From: Smithellaceae bacterium
GTDB lineage: Bacteria; Desulfobacterota; Syntrophia; Syntrophales; Smithellaceae
DNA: 64,000 nucleotides
Assembly: GCA_963667845.2 (NCBI GenBank)
Contig: CAXXVL010000002.1
Coordinates: 3,040,001 to 3,104,000 of the forward strand
Reading direction: 5' to 3'
Within the stretch, counting starts at the first letter, position 1, and each line of letters starts with the position of its first letter. Of the stretch, positions 9,679-20,473 are shown piece after piece. The notes below the pieces were generated by a model. That model was not told where the DNA came from, ran no database searches, and saw nothing but the letters and a program-made list of their open reading frames with translations. The position numbers were made by a program, and so were the translations under genes.

Positions 9679-11070
9679 CTAGTCCGCGCTGCCGCCGGTG
9701 ATATTCAATCGTTTAAGTTTCTCAACCAGGGTGGTGCGGTTCAGGTTGAGAAGCTTTGCTGCGCGGTTCTTGACGCCGCCAGTCATTTTCAGTGCTTCGA
9801 GGAGGAGGTCTTTTTCCAGCCGGTTAATGTGGTCGTTGAAATCAATACCGTCTTTGGAAAATGCAATGCTCCTCCCCAGAACCTCGGCATCTGTAATGTT
9901 GCGGATCTTTGCAGGCAAATCGTCAACGTGGATTTCGCCTTCTTCTTTCATCACCACGAGCATTTCGATCAAATTCTGCAATTCCCGGACATTGCCCGGC
10001 CAGTGATAATTCATTAAATGGTTAACGGCTTCAGCTGAAATACTTTCAACATTTTTCTTTTTGAGCTTGTTGAATGTCGATAAAAAATGATTGGCCAGGA
10101 TCAGAATATCGGAGCCTCGTTCCCGCAATGCGGGCAAATTAATGGGGATGACGTTAATGCGGTAAAAAAGATCTTCACGAAATTGCTTCTCGGCTACCGC
10201 TCTTTCCAGATTCTGATTCGTGGCGGCGATAATGCGCACATCCGCATTAATGGTTTTGACGCCGCCAATGCGCTCAAATTGTTTTTCTTGAATAACTCTC
10301 AGGACCTTGACCTGAAGCGCAGGACTCATGTCCCCGATTTCATCAAGAAAGATGGTGCCGCCCTGGGCAAGCTCAAATCGGCCCATTCGATTGCGAATGG
10401 CGCCGGTGAAAGCGCCTTTCTCATGCCCGAAAAGCTCGCTTTCCAGCAGTTCTTCAGGAATGGCCCCGCAGTTCACCGGGATCATGGGTTGGTTTCTTCG
10501 ATCGCTTTTGAAATGGATCTCGCGGGCGACGAGTTCTTTGCCGGTTCCACTCTCGCCGGCAATCAGAATCGTACTATCGGAATTGGATACCTTGTCGATC
10601 GTATCAAAAACCTTTTTCATGCAGTCGCTGTAACCGATAATTTTATCGAAATTCTGTTTTTCCTTGAGATGTTCTTTTAGGGATGTGTTTTCATCACGGA
10701 GTTTGGCGAAATTCATCGCGCGAACCACTGACAATTTGACAAGATCATCTTTGACGGGTTTGGTAATAAAGTCGAAAGCGCCCATTTTCATGGCGGACAC
10801 CGCTGCATTAACCGTCCCGTGTCCGGTAATCATGATGACGATACTGTCTTTGTTTGTGTCCTTGACGTATTTGAGGAACTCCAGCCCGTCGACGTTGGGC
10901 ATCCGCAGGTCGGTAATGATGATGTCGTATTTATCTTCAAGGAAAGCGTCGATGCCTTCGCGGCCGTCATCGACGGCTTTGACTTCATATCCCTCGTCTC
11001 TCAATATTTCAGTCAGCGTATCTTTATTCAGTTCGTTATCGTCGGCGATGAGGATTTTTCCATTCTTCAT
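9679..11070 (-). CDS. Sigma-54-dependent activator REC-AAA-HTH, FleQ/FlrC-like
   Basis: REC with phosphoacceptor (ITDLRMP), GESGTGKE, GAFTGA, HTH LNRTTLVEKLK. Confidence 0.92.
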   Translation of the reverse strand: MKNGKILIADDNELNKDTLTEILRDEGYEVKAVDDGREGIDAFLEDKYDIIITDLRMPNVDGLEFLKYVKDTNKDSIVIMITGHGTVNAAVSAMKMGAFDFITKPVKDDLVKLSVVRAMNFAKLRDENTSLKEHLKEKQNFDKIIGYSDCMKKVFDTIDKVSNSDSTILIAGESGTGKELVAREIHFKSDRRNQPMIPVNCGAIPEELLESELFGHEKGAFTGAIRNRMGRFELAQGGTIFLDEIGDMSPALQVKVLRVIQEKQFERIGGVKTINADVRIIAATNQNLERAVAEKQFREDLFYRINVIPINLPALRERGSDILILANHFLSTFNKLKKKNVESISAEAVNHLMNYHWPGNVRELQNLIEMLVVMKEEGEIHVDDLPAKIRNITDAEVLGRSIAFSKDGIDFNDHINRLEKDLLLEALKMTGGVKNRAAKLLNLNRTTLVEKLKRLNITGGSAD

Positions 11071-11176
11071 ATGAGTTCCTGCAAGAAGAGTAACAAACAA
11101 TCTTTTACGCGGCTGTGACTGCCTTTTTCTATAAAATAAAGGCAAGTAAAATACAACACTAAAATGGCTAAGACCG

Positions 11177-11203
11177 TCAAAAAGCGGTCGTCAGTGCCGA
11201 TAA
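11177..11203 (+). promoter_or_regulatory. Candidate sigma-28 promoter toward the che operon
   Basis: TCAA-N15-GCCGATAA; perfect -10, imperfect -35. Confidence 0.45.
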
Positions 11204-11214
11204 AGGATCGGAGT

Positions 11215-11228
11215 GTCATAAAATGGAC
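11215..11228. promoter_or_regulatory. FleQ-like enhancer box
   Basis: GTCATAAAATGGAC, about 140 bp upstream of the sigma-54 promoters. Confidence 0.5.
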
Positions 11229-11366
11229 AGAGATTTTAATAAATGCCATATTAATCTTAAGTATTTCATTCTTTTTGCCGACTAAAATGATGAATTATTA
11301 TCAAAAATTCTGGTTTGTTTGAAATTGAACAGATGATATACCCCTAAATCAATGCTTATCGATGAA

Positions 11367-11398
11367 TGGCACTCTTAATGCTTGGCATAAGGATTGCT
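11367..11398 (+). promoter_or_regulatory. Two abutting sigma-54 (-24/-12) promoters for the che operon
   Basis: TGGCACTCTTAATGCT followed directly by TGGCATAAGGATTGCT, each GG-N10-GC. Confidence 0.75.
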
Positions 11399-11510
11399 AT
11401 TGTTAATCAAAATTGTTGCCGGACTGAAGAATTCCTGATTTCGAAAAGGTAAATAATAGCAAAGCAGTTCTTTTTCAGTTGATTCATAAATTGAAAGAAA
11501 ATACTGATTC

Positions 11511-12344
11511 ATGACCATGAGCACTTTCGAGTTGAAGAACACTGATTTTGAAAAGATCAGCCGTCTTGTCTACGAACAATGCGGCATATATCTGCATGAA
11601 GGCAAAAAGGAACTGGTCAAGGCGCGTCTCAGTAAACGACTTCGGGCGGGTAGCTACAAGTCCTTTTCAGAGTACTATCGCTATGTGACAACTGAAGAAG
11701 GAACCAATGAATTGGTTTCTATGATTGACTCGATATCGACCAATCTGACATCCTTCTTTCGGGAAGAATCGCACTTCGCGACGCTCGGCCACATCATTCT
11801 GCTGGCGATCGAGAAGTCGGCTCACCGGGGATCCAAGAATAATTTCAAAATATGGTCTGCGGGATGTTCAACGGGGGAAGAACCTTATACACTGGCAATT
11901 ACGGTAAAAGAAACCGTTGGCCAGCATTCTTTCGATGTATCGATACTGGCAACGGATATTTCAACGAAGGTATTGAAAATTGCTGAAGCCGGCATTTACG
12001 GGCAGGAGAGAATTAAAAACATAAGTCCGGACATTTTAAAAAAATATTTTCAAGTCGGAACGGGACAATCCGTGGGTTACGTCCGGATTAAAAATGACAT
12101 CAAAAAGATGATCACCTATCAGCGATTCAATCTGATGGACCGATTTCACGCGCAGAATAATTTTGATGTTATCTTTTGTCGCAATGTCATGATCTATTTC
12201 GACAAAAAAACACAGAATACTCTAGTGAATAAATTCTATGATTCTTTAAGAAGCGGCGGCTATTTTTTTGTCGGTCATTCGGAAAGCCTGACCGGGTTGA
12301 AACATCAATTTAATTATGTTGAACCCAGTGTTTATGTGAAATAA
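11511..12344 (+). CDS. cheR: Chemotaxis methyltransferase
   Basis: TNLTSFFRE, IWSAGCSTGEEPY, FDVIFCRNVMIYF, VGHSE. Confidence 0.97.
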   Translation: MTMSTFELKNTDFEKISRLVYEQCGIYLHEGKKELVKARLSKRLRAGSYKSFSEYYRYVTTEEGTNELVSMIDSISTNLTSFFREESHFATLGHIILLAIEKSAHRGSKNNFKIWSAGCSTGEEPYTLAITVKETVGQHSFDVSILATDISTKVLKIAEAGIYGQERIKNISPDILKKYFQVGTGQSVGYVRIKNDIKKMITYQRFNLMDRFHAQNNFDVIFCRNVMIYFDKKTQNTLVNKFYDSLRSGGYFFVGHSESLTGLKHQFNYVEPSVYVK

Positions 12345-12347
12345 GTT

Positions 12348-12830
12348 ATGAGTGATTTGATCGTCGGAATTTCGGAAATCAAGATCAGCGGCAATTCGAA
12401 TGACATGATCATCACCTATGCGTTGGGGTCGTGTATCGGTATCTCCGTGTACGACCCTGTTGCGAGGGTCGGGGGATTGCTGCATTATATGCTTCCGGAT
12501 TCCATTCTGGATGAAAAGAAGGCGAAAGACAATCCGGCGATGTTCGCAGACACGGGTATTCCGTTGCTGTTTAAGGCTTGTTATAGTTTGGGAGCGGAAA
12601 AGAAGCGGATGATTGTCAAAGCTGCCGGCGGCGCCAGCATCCTTGACGATACCAACTTCTTTCGAATCGGTCAGAAAAATATTATGGCGATGAGAAAAAT
12701 ATTCTGGAAAAATAATATCATGATTGCCGCAGAAGATATAGGTGCGACGCACAACCGTACGGTTCGTCTGGAAATCGCTACGGGCAAAACGTTTGTCCGG
12801 TCCTCTGGAGGTGAAATGAAAGAATTATGA
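12348..12830 (+). CDS. cheD: Chemoreceptor glutamine deamidase
   Basis: LGSCIG, GLLHYMLP, IGQKN, EDIG. Confidence 0.95.
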   Translation: MSDLIVGISEIKISGNSNDMIITYALGSCIGISVYDPVARVGGLLHYMLPDSILDEKKAKDNPAMFADTGIPLLFKACYSLGAEKKRMIVKAAGGASILDDTNFFRIGQKNIMAMRKIFWKNNIMIAAEDIGATHNRTVRLEIATGKTFVRSSGGEMKEL

Positions 12831-13678
12831 AGAACATCGACCGTATCCTGAAATCCATTGACACGATTCCGGCATTTCCCGCAACGGGCAACAAGGTTGC
12901 GCAATTGCTGAGTAAAGAGGACTACTCGGTATTGCAGGTGGCAAACATTATTAAATACGATCCCTCAATCACGGCGAATATCATGAAGATGGCCAATTCA
13001 ATGTATTTGGGTTCCCAGCACAAAATCAGCACGATCAATGATGCCGTTATGTACCTGGGTCGGGAAAATCTTTTGCGTGCCATTCAAACGGCGGGAATTT
13101 CCAAATACTATAAGAAAGGTTATTCGGGATATTTCGATAAGGCTACGGATTTGTGGGAGCATTCTGTTGCCGTCGCTTTGATGTCGCAGATTCTGTCCAA
13201 AATGATTACAGGGGAGGAAAATACAACCCTCTACACAGCTTCACTTCTTCACGATGTAGGAAAAATCATTATGGGCGAATTTGTTCGTGACGAACTGGCT
13301 GAAATTACGCTTATGGTTTCCGAGCGCAGCATGTCATTTCTGGAAGCGGAGGAAACTGTTATAGGCATTAATCATGCCGAACTGGGTGGAAAAATTGCTG
13401 AACATTGGAATTTCCCCGGTGAAATATGCGATGCCATTTCTTTTCATCATCGACCGGATCTTCTCGAAAAGGAAGATAAGATCATGCCTTGGATTGTTTA
13501 TATGGCGGACGAGGCCTGTTTGATGATGGGGATCGGCAGTTCAGTAGAAGGACTGGCTCAACGAGCAGTGGGCGCTTTGCTTAAGAAATTCAATTTAAGA
13601 ATGAGAGACCTGGAAAAAAGCATGGTGATGCTGTCGGATGATTTTAACAGCGCCCGAGATTTCACCAAAATCATATAG
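12827..13678 (+). CDS. HDOD-domain protein
   Basis: DPSITANIMKMANS, LWEHS, LLHDVGK, NHAELG, WNFP, FHH; ATGA overlap with cheD. Confidence 0.93.
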   Translation: MKNIDRILKSIDTIPAFPATGNKVAQLLSKEDYSVLQVANIIKYDPSITANIMKMANSMYLGSQHKISTINDAVMYLGRENLLRAIQTAGISKYYKKGYSGYFDKATDLWEHSVAVALMSQILSKMITGEENTTLYTASLLHDVGKIIMGEFVRDELAEITLMVSERSMSFLEAEETVIGINHAELGGKIAEHWNFPGEICDAISFHHRPDLLEKEDKIMPWIVYMADEACLMMGIGSSVEGLAQRAVGALLKKFNLRMRDLEKSMVMLSDDFNSARDFTKII

Positions 13679-13701
13679 AAGCAACAAGGAAGGGTAAGCC
13701 T

Positions 13702-14133
13702 ATGTCATTCAACGTGTTGATTGTGGATGATTCCAGTTCCATACGGGCGGTCGTTAAAAAGATCGTCGTGCTGTCCGGCTTCCAGATGGATAAATGTTTT
13801 GAAGCGAACGATGGAAGACAGGCGATGGAATTGCTCGCCGATAACTGGGTGGATGTGATCATTTCGGATATTAACATGCCGGAAATCAATGGTCTGGAAT
13901 TACTGGACCTCCTTGCAGAAAACGCAACATTGAAGGAAATTCCCGTCATCATGGTTACAACGGAGGGTTCCGACCTGCGCATGAAGGAAGCTTTTGCACG
14001 CGGAGCGAAGGGTTTTATCAAGAAGCCATTCCTGCCGGAAGAAATAAAGAAAGTACTTTACGAAGTCATAGGAGTCGGACATGATGGTCAATACGAAGAA
14101 AATCCAAGAAATGCTGATGAACTCGATTTTTGA
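13702..14133 (+). CDS. cheY: CheY-like single-domain response regulator
   Basis: VDDS, ISDINMP, VTTEG, KKPF. Confidence 0.88.
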   Translation: MSFNVLIVDDSSSIRAVVKKIVVLSGFQMDKCFEANDGRQAMELLADNWVDVIISDINMPEINGLELLDLLAENATLKEIPVIMVTTEGSDLRMKEAFARGAKGFIKKPFLPEEIKKVLYEVIGVGHDGQYEENPRNADELDF

Positions 14134-14536
14134 TGTATTTGAAAAAATGTTTTTCGTCTTCCTTGAGCCTTATGACGAAGACATTCAGTATGACCTGATG
14201 ACATCAATTCAGTTCAGCGGTCCCATGAAGGGAGAAATTAGAACGTATCTCTCCAGAGGCATAGCCAGTCTCATGGTGCAAAACATGCTGGGTCTGGAGC
14301 CCAAAGAGGTAACGGATAACAAGATGGAAGATTGTGCCAAGGAAGCACTGAATATGATTGCGGGCAATTTTCTCAATAAACTGGAACCCAAAGAAGTGTT
14401 CGATTTATCGATTCCGGCTTATGTGAAAAAGTCGGACAGACTTTCAGAGGATTCTCATGCGGCTCTGAGCCTGATGTTTGATTCAGACAACCGGTATCTT
14501 GGTATCGTCCTGAATCTTGAGCCTGAGAAAAGGTAA
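14081..14536 (+). CDS. cheX: CheX-family phosphatase
   Basis: E-x-x-N motif in KEALNMIAGN; FDLSIP. Confidence 0.8.
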   Translation: MMVNTKKIQEMLMNSIFDVFEKMFFVFLEPYDEDIQYDLMTSIQFSGPMKGEIRTYLSRGIASLMVQNMLGLEPKEVTDNKMEDCAKEALNMIAGNFLNKLEPKEVFDLSIPAYVKKSDRLSEDSHAALSLMFDSDNRYLGIVLNLEPEKR

Positions 14537-15622
<1,086 letters not shown>

Positions 15623-15624
15623 TT

Positions 15625-17832
15625 ATGAACGATGAAAATTTAATAAGACTTTTGAATGCATTGGCCGAGGAATACCTTTTTATGGACACGAAAGACCTGG
15701 ATATTCCGACGGCGGGTAAGTTCCTTGATCAACTCGAACAGATTATGGATGAAGCGGAAAGATTGAAAGTCAATCCCGTAAGGAATTGCGCATCCGGTAT
15801 GAGTCAAATCCTGGAAAAAACCATTCTTGATGGGATTGAAGATAAAACCGGCGCAGCCAATGTGTTTGAAAGTGGCATCCATCTGCTGCAGGAAATAGCC
15901 GACAGCTTTCACGATACCGGCCAGTACAACGGAAGTATCCACGAATTTCTCGAACGGGCGAGGGCAGTAGCCGGTGTGGCTGATTCCTCCGGCTTACCCG
16001 ACGGTCAATCTGAGCCGAAAGCGGCAGAGATTCAGGAAACAAAATGCGAAGGTACGTCGTCAATTCAGATTCAGGACGAATCCCTGACCCGCGATTTTAT
16101 CGCCGAAGCCCTGGAATATATCGAAGAGATTGAAATAAATATCCTGAACCTGGAAAACGAACCGGAAAATAAAGATTATATCAATGCCGTATTTCGTCCT
16201 TTTCATTCCATTAAAGGGGTTGCCAGCTTTTTGAATCTGGAAGAAATCAGATCTCTGGCTCATAATCTGGAAAGTCTGCTGGACAGGACCCGCAATGGTG
16301 AAATTTCCGTGACACCGGCGCTCATCGACGTCGTACTCGACGGCGCTGACGCGCTCAAGACGTTAATAGGCCAGCTCCGTGACGCTCTGGAAGGGAAGGC
16401 CATTGCATATGCGGATTTGGATATCCCGGCCCTTACGGCGAGGATCCATAAAATTGAACAGGGTTTTGACACTGAAATCGGCGGGAAGAAGATTGGAGAA
16501 ATCCTTGTCGACGAGGGACTCATTTCCAAAGAAAAGCTCGAGCAGACGCTGAAAACAAAATCGACGTCACCGGATAAAAAACTCGGGCAGACGTTGATTG
16601 AAGAAGGTGTGGTAAAACCGAAACAGATTTCCCAGGCGTTGCGCAAACAGGTCGACCAGGTGACGGACTTGACAGCAATCCGTGTGGACACCGTTAAACT
16701 GGATGATCTGATTGATATGGTCGGCGAACTGGTGATAACACAATCCATGATTTCGCAGGATCTGAAGAATCAGGCCAATGCCGATAAAGATTTAATTCGC
16801 GACATTTCGCAGTTCTTCAGGATCACCTCAGCTCTGCAGCGTGTATCCACCAGTTTAAGAATGATACCCATCAGGCAGACGTTTCAGCGCATGTCGCGGC
16901 TGGTTCGAGATCTGGCCAAGAACGCCGGCAAATTGGTTTCCGTGGAACTGGTTGGTGAGGATACCGAAATCGATCGCAACATGGTTGATGAAATATATAA
17001 TCCACTCGTGCACATGATCCGCAATTCGGTTGACCACGGTCTGGAAACTCCGGAGGAAAGAATCATAGCGGGTAAATCCGAAAAAGGCCTGATTACGTTA
17101 AAAGCTTATCATCGCGGCGGCAATATCGTAATTGAGATCACTGATGATGGAAAAGGGCTGGACAAGCAGAAAATCGTCAACAAAGGGGTCAAGACGGGAT
17201 TGGTTTCGGCAGATGAAGACCTCAATGATCAGGAGGTTTATAAACTGATTTTTATGCCGGGACTTTCAACGGCGGCTAAAGTAACTGATGTGTCCGGCCG
17301 CGGGGTCGGGATGGACGTTGTCAAACGCGCCGTGGAAAAACTGCGCGGAAAAATTGAAATCGAGAGTTCGGTCGGAGTGGGGACGACATTTATTACGCGT
17401 TTTCCCCTGACGTTGGCGATTATTGACGGCATGATTGTCAAAGTCGGATCGGAAAGCTACATCCTGCCCACGACCTCGATCCGTCAGGCGCTGCGACCCA
17501 CTAGGGAAAGTTATAGCAGCGTGGCGGGCAAGGGAGAAATGATCAACGCCATGGGACAATTAATGCCCTTGATCCGCATGTATGATTTGTTTGATATCGA
17601 ACCGGAACATAAAGAGCCCTGGGAGGCCATCATTGTTGTTGTTGACAGCGAGAGCGGTTCACGGTGTTTAATGGTCGATAAAATTATCGGGAAGACGGAA
17701 GTTGTGGTCAAGAGCCTTGGCGAAGGCTTGAAAAACGTCAAGGGATTAGCCGGCGGCGCGATTCTCGGCAATGGCCGCATCGGCTTGATCATCGATACCG
17801 AGGGGTTGTTCGAATTAGCCGATGGACGCTAA
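15625..17832 (+). CDS. cheA: Chemotaxis histidine kinase with extra N-terminal helical domain and MshEN-like insert
   Basis: Hpt FRPFHSIKG, HMIRNSVDHG, DDGKG, SGRGVGMDVV, C-terminal CheW-like domain. Confidence 0.96.
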   Translation: MNDENLIRLLNALAEEYLFMDTKDLDIPTAGKFLDQLEQIMDEAERLKVNPVRNCASGMSQILEKTILDGIEDKTGAANVFESGIHLLQEIADSFHDTGQYNGSIHEFLERARAVAGVADSSGLPDGQSEPKAAEIQETKCEGTSSIQIQDESLTRDFIAEALEYIEEIEINILNLENEPENKDYINAVFRPFHSIKGVASFLNLEEIRSLAHNLESLLDRTRNGEISVTPALIDVVLDGADALKTLIGQLRDALEGKAIAYADLDIPALTARIHKIEQGFDTEIGGKKIGEILVDEGLISKEKLEQTLKTKSTSPDKKLGQTLIEEGVVKPKQISQALRKQVDQVTDLTAIRVDTVKLDDLIDMVGELVITQSMISQDLKNQANADKDLIRDISQFFRITSALQRVSTSLRMIPIRQTFQRMSRLVRDLAKNAGKLVSVELVGEDTEIDRNMVDEIYNPLVHMIRNSVDHGLETPEERIIAGKSEKGLITLKAYHRGGNIVIEITDDGKGLDKQKIVNKGVKTGLVSADEDLNDQEVYKLIFMPGLSTAAKVTDVSGRGVGMDVVKRAVEKLRGKIEIESSVGVGTTFITRFPLTLAIIDGMIVKVGSESYILPTTSIRQALRPTRESYSSVAGKGEMINAMGQLMPLIRMYDLFDIEPEHKEPWEAIIVVVDSESGSRCLMVDKIIGKTEVVVKSLGEGLKNVKGLAGGAILGNGRIGLIIDTEGLFELADGR

Positions 17833-18423
17833 TTGCAAATGATGTCAGTCAGAAATCAAATTAGGTGAGCGAGTTATTGACGGAAGGAATATCAAGGTTC
17901 GCAAGTCAGCCTGATACAAATTCTGTTTCGCTGGTTGCGGTGTCAAGCAACAGCAAGAATTCTTGATCAGTGCAGCGGACAACATCGTGATGTGCTATGG
18001 ATCGGTTCCGAATTCTTCCAAGCAATGCGTTCGACTCGCGCCCAATTTGTTAATGGTTACCTGGCCGGTGACTTGATTGCCTTAATAAGGGACGAGTGCT
18101 GCCTTGACGACACTACGATACTGAAAATCTTCGCTTGTGATCGATTCCTTCTTTTGCCACCCAATTTATATAACGATAGTAAAGCACCTGTAAAATTTAC
18201 ACCCATCACACTGCCGTTACTTGCAGCGAGAATTCTTCCGGTGGCTCCTTGATCTTGCCATGCTGAAGACTTGAGACATCCCCGCAAAACTCTGTAAGAA
18301 TGCCCTGCCCAGGTTAGGCGTTGGCGAGGGTGTTGAAGCTGAGCGCCGGCGCAGAGGCTTCTATATGATGCGATTACAGGCCGGCTCCGAATCGACGAGC
18401 GAATCCTTCATCTCTAATAAATC

Positions 18424-18457
18424 GTCAATAATTTGACAAAATAGTTGGCTATTTGAC
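18424..18457. promoter_or_regulatory. FleQ-like enhancer boxes
   Basis: GTCAATAATTTGAC (18424-18437) and weaker GTTGGCTATTTGAC 20 bp downstream. Confidence 0.6.
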
Positions 18458-18532
18458 GGGAAAGCACCTATACAGAACGTCAGATTTCCAAAATATTCAA
18501 TATCTTTATGTGCGAATGCGCTAAAATGTTTC

Positions 18533-18548
18533 TGGTATGTAAATTGCT
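18533..18548 (+). promoter_or_regulatory. Sigma-54 promoter for flhG-fliA
   Basis: TGGTATGTAAATTGCT (GG-N10-GC). Confidence 0.75.
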
Positions 18549-18645
18549 TCAATCGATACGAAATGTGTTTTCCTGTCGAGACGAATCATGACGCCATTTG
18601 CAGATTATAGATCAGATGTCCAAGCCGCCCCAAACAAGGAATGAT

Positions 18646-19554
18646 ATGATTGCGGATCAGGCTGCAACATTACGGGAAATCAAAAAGAGAAGTAACCCTC
18701 ACGCAGGCGTTCGAAGCAAGTCGGACGTGGTCATAGTGCCCCGTCACGATGTCCGAGTCATCTCGGTGACGAGTGGTAAAGGCGGTGTAGGGAGAACCAA
18801 TATTGCTGCGAATCTCGCCTATTTGATTGCTGCTCAAAAGAAGAAGACTCTGGTACTGGATGCGGATGTCGGACTGGCCAATATCGATGTCATTTTGGGA
18901 ATCAATCCCCGTTATAATCTCTCACATGTTTTGAAGGGCGAAAGAACCCTGAGCGAGATTCTTGTCCAGGGGCCCGGCGGAATAAAGATTCTGCCGTCAG
19001 CATCCGGCATTCCCGAAATGACAGAGCTCTCGCGAGGACAGAAACTGACGCTGATTGATGAATTCAACACTCTTAGTGATTCAGTTGATATTATGATGAT
19101 CGACACGGGTGCCGGGATTTCTTCCAACGTAATGTATTTTAATATGGCTGCGAAAGAAATTATCGTGGTCACTACTCCGGAACCGACCGCAATGACCAAC
19201 GCTTACGCGCTGATCAAGGTGCTTTATCAGCGACATGCCAAGAGACGGTTCCGTTTGATCGTCAATATGGTCCGCGATGCCAGCGAGGCTAAAGACATTT
19301 ACGCCAGACTCAGCAACGCCACTGATCATTTTTTGAACTTAACTATTGAATATTTAGGCTATATCGTATTAGACGAAAAAGTTAAAGAGGCCGTCAGGCA
19401 GCAAACAGCCGTTGCGGAACTGTATCCGCAATGTCCGGCTGTTCGCTGCCTCGCAAAAATTGCGAAGAAAATTTCCACGGAGACTATGGAAGAATATGAA
19501 AACGGCAGCATTAAGTTCTTTTGGGAAAACATCATCGATAAACGACACGTCTAG
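18646..19554 (+). CDS. flhG: FlhG/FleN MinD-like ATPase
   Basis: DQAATLR N-terminus, SGKGGVGRTN, DADVGLANID, DTGAG, TPEPTA; directly upstream of fliA. Confidence 0.9.
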   Translation: MIADQAATLREIKKRSNPHAGVRSKSDVVIVPRHDVRVISVTSGKGGVGRTNIAANLAYLIAAQKKKTLVLDADVGLANIDVILGINPRYNLSHVLKGERTLSEILVQGPGGIKILPSASGIPEMTELSRGQKLTLIDEFNTLSDSVDIMMIDTGAGISSNVMYFNMAAKEIIVVTTPEPTAMTNAYALIKVLYQRHAKRRFRLIVNMVRDASEAKDIYARLSNATDHFLNLTIEYLGYIVLDEKVKEAVRQQTAVAELYPQCPAVRCLAKIAKKISTETMEEYENGSIKFFWENIIDKRHV

Positions 19555-20257
19555 GCTGAACCGCGATAAGCTCATCATGCAATACGCTCCGCTGGTGAAA
19601 AACATCGTGGGCCGCTTGGCATCGAAACTGCCAATTGATGCAGCCGATAAAGAAGATTTGGTAAATGTCGGAATCATGGGCTTAATGTCTGCGTTGGAGA
19701 AATATGATAAAACAAGAAATGTTCAATTCGAAACATATGCGAGCTTCAGAATCCGGGGTGCCGTACTCGATGAGTTGCGGGCGAAAGACTGGGTTCCCCG
19801 CGCAACAAGGAGCAAGGATAATAGAATTGAGGGCGCCATGAACACGCTTAGTAAAAACCTGGGGCGGGCGCCGAACGAAGCAGAGATTGCTGCACACTTA
19901 GGAATACCGCTTGATGAATATTTCAAAATGCTTGATGAAGCCCGATGCGTGTCACTGATTTCGACCGAAGATTTACCGCCGGACTATCTCGAAAAATATA
20001 GTCGGGAAGACGTTATGGATGAGGTTAGCGAAGGCAATTCACTGCGGATGCTGGTGGATATGGAATTCAAAGACAAGCTCAAGAAGGCGATAGATCAGTT
20101 GCCGCCGAAAGAAAAGCTTGTGTTATCCCTCTATTATTACGAGGAATTGACCATGAAGGAAGCCGGACGTGTGATGGATTTAACGGAATCGCGTGTCTGT
20201 CAGCTTCACGCGCAGGCCGTCTTACGCCTGCGGGGTATGGTTAAATTTGCCAGATAG
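19496..20257 (+). CDS. fliA: RNA polymerase sigma-28 factor
   Basis: FETYASFRIRGAVLDELRAKDW, LSLYYYEELTMKE, TESRVCQLH; start uncertain, overlaps flhG. Confidence 0.95.
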   Translation: MKTAALSSFGKTSSINDTSRLNRDKLIMQYAPLVKNIVGRLASKLPIDAADKEDLVNVGIMGLMSALEKYDKTRNVQFETYASFRIRGAVLDELRAKDWVPRATRSKDNRIEGAMNTLSKNLGRAPNEAEIAAHLGIPLDEYFKMLDEARCVSLISTEDLPPDYLEKYSREDVMDEVSEGNSLRMLVDMEFKDKLKKAIDQLPPKEKLVLSLYYYEELTMKEAGRVMDLTESRVCQLHAQAVLRLRGMVKFAR

Positions 20258-20473
20258 GTAAATACGGGTGTATTCAAGTGAAATTAGCGAAATTGGAGAT
20301 ATGGGATAGCATCCCGATCATAGATTTGATTCCGGCTGAGCACGAATTTGACCGAATCATCCATGCACTGGAAAAGGTAATGGGTGACGGGGCGTAAAGA
20401 ATGTTTATTCCCCCGAATTATTTTATTATGTAAATAGCGGTGATTGGTCGCGCCAGCAGACACGGAGGTGAGG

